Shown here piece after piece: positions 1 to 64,000 of a stretch of 64,000 nt of DNA. The translations under genes and the position numbers were made by a program. This stretch comes from Negaprion brevirostris (lineage: Eukaryota), in the NCBI GenBank assembly GCA_030324005.1, contig JARDVH010000031.1, positions 51,821,152 to 51,885,151 on the forward strand, in the 5' to 3' direction. The notes under the pieces were generated by a model. The model worked only from the letters and a program-made list of their open reading frames with translations. It ran no database searches and was not told the origin of the DNA. Position 1 is the first letter of the stretch. Every line of letters begins with the position of its first letter.

Positions 1-131
1 AGATTCGTAAGGCAAGACTTCCCCTTTACAAAGCCATGCTGCGTATCCTTAATCAGATCGCAACGCTCTAAGTGCTCGTACATCCTATCCCTAAGAATCC
101 GCTCCATCAACTTGCCTACCACTGAAGTCAA
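1..131 (-). mobile_element. CR1-type LINE reverse transcriptase fragment
   Basis: Minus strand reads LTSVVGKLMERILRDRMYEHLERCDLIKDTQHGFVKGKSCLTN, a typical CR1 RT segment. Confidence 0.85.
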
Positions 132-139
132 AATGTTGT

Positions 140-626
140 TAGTATGTGGAATTCTCTTCCCAGAATGTAGCAGAGGGATGGTTTAATATTTTCAAAGTCA
201 ATTGTAGGGGCGGCATAATGGCAGAGTGGTTAGCACCAATGCTTCACAGCGCCAGCAATCCTGGGTTCAATTCCAGCCTCAGTGTGTGGACATTCTCCCT
301 GTGTTTGCTTGGGTTTCCTCCCGGTGCTCTGGTTCCCTTCCACATGCCAAAGATGTGCTGATTAGGTTGATTGGCCATACTAAGTTTCTTGTTAGTGTCG
401 GGGACTAGTAAGGCAAATACACAAGGTTACGGGGATTGGGCCTGAGTGAGATTGTTGTTGGTGCGGGTCGATGGGCCGAATCCTTTCTGCACTATAGGGA
501 TTCTATGATGTGTTATGTGTGGAAGGCTGAAGTGGAGTTCAGATCACAAACCAGTTCAAACACAGTTTCGTTGAATGGTAAAGCAGGTTTGGAGGGCTGA
601 ATGGCCTACTCCTGCTCCTCTGTTCT
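140..626 (+). mobile_element. Degenerate CR1 3' end interrupted by an HE1 SINE
   Basis: gtggaattctcttcccag... and tail gaatggtaaagcagg...ggctgaatggcctactcctgctcct, shared with the young CR1 tails at 32571 and 47126. Confidence 0.65.
207..508 (+). mobile_element. HE1-like V-SINE, type A tail (CR1/HER1-like)
   Basis: tRNA-like A/B boxes (tggcagagtgg, ggttcaattcc), V-domain core gggtttcctcccggtgctctggtt, tail gatgggccgaa...ctgcactatagggattctatga. Confidence 0.85.
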
Positions 627-631
627 GAACT

Positions 632-750
632 GGGGTCCAGTTAGCTCATTTGGCTAGGCAGTTACTGTGCAGATCACGTTAACGTCAACAGTACAGGGTT
701 TGATCCCTGTCCTGATTGATGTAGACTCGGGGCCTGCCACCTCATCCTGT
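632..750 (+). mobile_element. tRNA-derived SINE fragment, second family
   Basis: tagctcatttgg A-box, ggtttgatccc B-box; similar to the longer copy at 57042-57259. Confidence 0.6.
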
Positions 751-967
751 CTGTTTAAAAGAAAACACAACATCTTGCTGTGGTTTGGCGAAAAATTGCC
801 AAAAATCTGCCTTTAATCAGAGAACTTGGAGGAATGGAGTTGTGCGTGATCCAATATGAAACTGGTTTCAATTTTTTGCTGCAGCAGCATTGGATAATAC
901 TTTTCAATGTGAGTGACTTTACCTTTTTATCTAGAATGCATTTAACTTGGGTTGCTTTTATTTTCAG

Positions 968-61476
<60,509 letters not shown>

Positions 61477-62034
61477 TGAGTTAGTTATTCTACTTGTTTG
61501 TTTGCTTATTTAAAACCTGACTTATTGAAAATTCTTTGTTTAAAAGGTGATTGGTTGTATTTATCTCAACTTTTTTTATTTTCTGTTGTTCTCATGAAAT
61601 GCAACTAGAGTTCTGAAGGTTTTACTTATTACTTTTGCAATTTCACAGGTCATTAAGTAATACCAATCAAAAATGGCATTACTAATCTTCAATTGAGTGT
61701 CAACTTGGCACAGCTGTTACAGTTTTGACCTCTGGGTCAGAAGGTGATGTTCCATACTACTATTTGGAAACCTAATGCTGCCTTGACAGATTATGCAGGA
61801 CGGAATGTTTGCTGAATTCCCAGTGGTGTGATTCCTCATAAGAGATGTTTAAATGTTGAGAACGCTGGAGTGCATCAACTATTAACATCAAAACAAACTG
61901 CAGTGTCTATCTCAGGATCATCCAAACTTTTTGCATGGCAAGAGTGGATGGGTTTTTCTCAGTTGGAGTAGGAGGGAGTAGAGAAAGTAAATTTAACAAA
62001 GATAAAGTTTGGCATGACAGCAAACATGAATTTA

Positions 62035-62342
62035 TAAGACCATAAGATATAGAAGCAGAATTAGGCCATTTGGCCCATTGAGTCAGCTCCACCATTCAGT
62101 CAAGGTTGACAGTTTCTCAACCCCATTCCCCTGCTTTTTCCACATGACCCTTGATCTCTTTACCAATCAATAACCAATTTATCCCTGTCTTAAATGCTCT
62201 CAATGACCTGGCCTCCACACCTTCAATGGCAATGAATTCCATAGATTCACCACCCTGAGCTCTTATCTTACTCAACAACCTCCTATGCGGCATCTTTTCA
62301 AAGGTTTTTGGGAATCCAAGTAAATAACATGCACTGGCTTTC
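62035..62342 (-). mobile_element. CR1 3' tail joined to an RT fragment
   Basis: ataagaccataagatatagaagcagaattaggccatt tail; YLLGFPKTFEKMPHRRLLSKIRAQG resembles YLDFQKAFDKVPHRRLL. Confidence 0.8.
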
Positions 62343-62537
62343 AAAAATAAATAGCTTGCGGAACAAAAAATACATGTTAATTATTTATGACTTATTGTTA
62401 CTCTTTGAAATTGGAACAACCATTTAAGTGTGAAAGGGGACACTGTATGCAGCTCACAGTCCAATCTCACCACTGAGAATGCCTGTTGGTGTGAGGAGTG
62501 AGGGTGAATAAGAATCTTGAGACTGAATGTGAACTAG

Positions 62538-62559
62538 ACACACACACACACACACACAC
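62538..62559. repeat. (AC)11 microsatellite
   Basis: Read directly from the sequence. Confidence 0.9.
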
Positions 62560-63913
62560 TTCTCCCTCAGACAGACATACACGTGCTCTTTCTGGCATAT
62601 ACATTCACCCACCCACCTCCCTTCCTCACTCATCAGATTGGCTGCAAGAGCCAGGGAGGTGACATGAGAATGGATGAGAGGCCTGGAGCGAGGCAGGTCT
62701 AGTGACACCAAACACGGGTGCCTGCCAAGGGAAGCACTAGGAGTCAGTAGGTTGCAGAGCGGAAATAAGGGAATGTGGTCCTAAGCCAGGGGAACAGAGG
62801 AAGAACTGGGGGAATGTGGCCTAAAGCATTGTGAGATGAGAAAGGAGCATGATGGCCCCAAGTGTTTTCTGTTCCTCCAGTCATAGCCTGTTTCTTTTGC
62901 TTGTTTGCTGCTGGTAAGTTCAATATCAGCAGCAAATGCAAGAGACAAATGAGCTGTGATTGGAGCAGTCATCTTCTGCAGAAATTTCAAACTCACTAAC
63001 CTGTCCTACTGGCATTTTCAACAAACATTCTAGGGGCAATATGGGGGTTTTGTAAGCCACATTGTGGTGAGATAAAACTTGGTCTAGCTACACATTACTT
63101 GGCATAAGGAAAGGAGTGGACTAAGGTAACCTATGGATGGTAGAACATGCCTATTAGTGCTGATTATTGGTATTTCCAATATTCACTATGTATGTTTAAT
63201 ATCTGTAAAAAATCTGACAGCAACTTGTACTTATTATGCCCCCTTTAATATGAAACAAATCACTTTTTTGTGAGGAGGCAGGGATTTAAGGAGACAGTTT
63301 GCAGTAGAGAAAAAAAGTTGGGGTTATTTTTGCATTCCAGGATGATCCTGGAATATGGAGTAGTTTTAGCAGATGACAGCAGGATATAATGGTTCTTTAA
63401 ATCAACTGTACAGATCTGGCAGTGGGTGACTAAACCAGAATGTCTGCCACATCATTTCAAATCTGCATCCTTTGGATTTAAGGAAGTTGAAATGAAGGCA
63501 ATGCTAAGGTGAGGGAGTTATAGTTTTATTGGGTCCTGAGACATCAAGGATGGAAATGGGGGTATATTCAAGAAAATCAATAACTGCAGAAATGTTGTGA
63601 TGAATGGAGGGCTAAAAGCTTGATAATTGGGCTCTTTTGAATTCTAGGTTAACTGGGGGATAGTTTATGCCAAGGACTAACACAGAGGAGGTAGGATCGG
63701 AGTAAGTAATGGGCATGTGGATGGTAAGTGATGCAAGAAGTGATGAGACAGATGGCCTTGTCTAGAATTGACATTGTGGGACTATCAAGGCATCATGAGA
63801 TGGCATGGTCAAATGAATGTCAATGAATATGGAATTGGGAGGGAAAGGGAGGGGGTCAGTTTAGGAACCAAGCCTTGCCCTTCGTAACACATGCATGCAA
63901 AAGTAGAACTGGA

Positions 63914-64000
63914 TTTCTCCTATACGCAAAGGGTAGTGGGGGTGTGGAATGCACTGCCGAGTAAGGTGGTGGAAGCAGGCACGCTAGGGTTGTTTAAGAG
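63914..64000 (+). mobile_element. CR1 ORF2 C-terminal fragment, runs off the window
   Basis: FSYTQRVVGVWNALPSKVVEAGTLGLFK. Confidence 0.85.

Overview
Eukaryotic (elasmobranch, very likely shark) genomic DNA from a draft assembly with many N gaps. The window lies entirely inside one + strand gene, TANC1 (STAND/P-loop NTPase - ankyrin repeat - TPR scaffold). I traced 18 internal coding exons (968-61461; 3365 nt, about 1120 codons). All introns are GT-AG, all phases are compatible and there are no stops; the start and stop codons lie outside the window. Introns are filled with shark-type retroelements: HE1/V-SINEs with different tails, several CR1-type LINEs, L2, an RTE-clade LINE, a Deu-domain SINE, Penelope-like fragments and palindromic derivatives. 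Best leads: (i) a sense-strand minimal type-I hammerhead ribozyme motif in a Penelope-type repeat (42029-42066); (ii) an in-frame 27-nt candidate microexon at the ankyrin/TPR junction (57553-57579); (iii) a tight cluster of four TGCATG (RBFOX) motifs behind a candidate 17-nt frameshifting microexon (4756-4931); (iv) an exon that starts with a perfect GTAAGT donor, a recursive-splice candidate; (v) a probable full-length LINE with a tRNA-like Pol III head; (vi) a SINE carrying a fold-back of its own 3' half. Exon numbers (w1-w18) are window-relative, repeat boundaries are approximate, and homologies were recognised by eye and from memory, not by database search.
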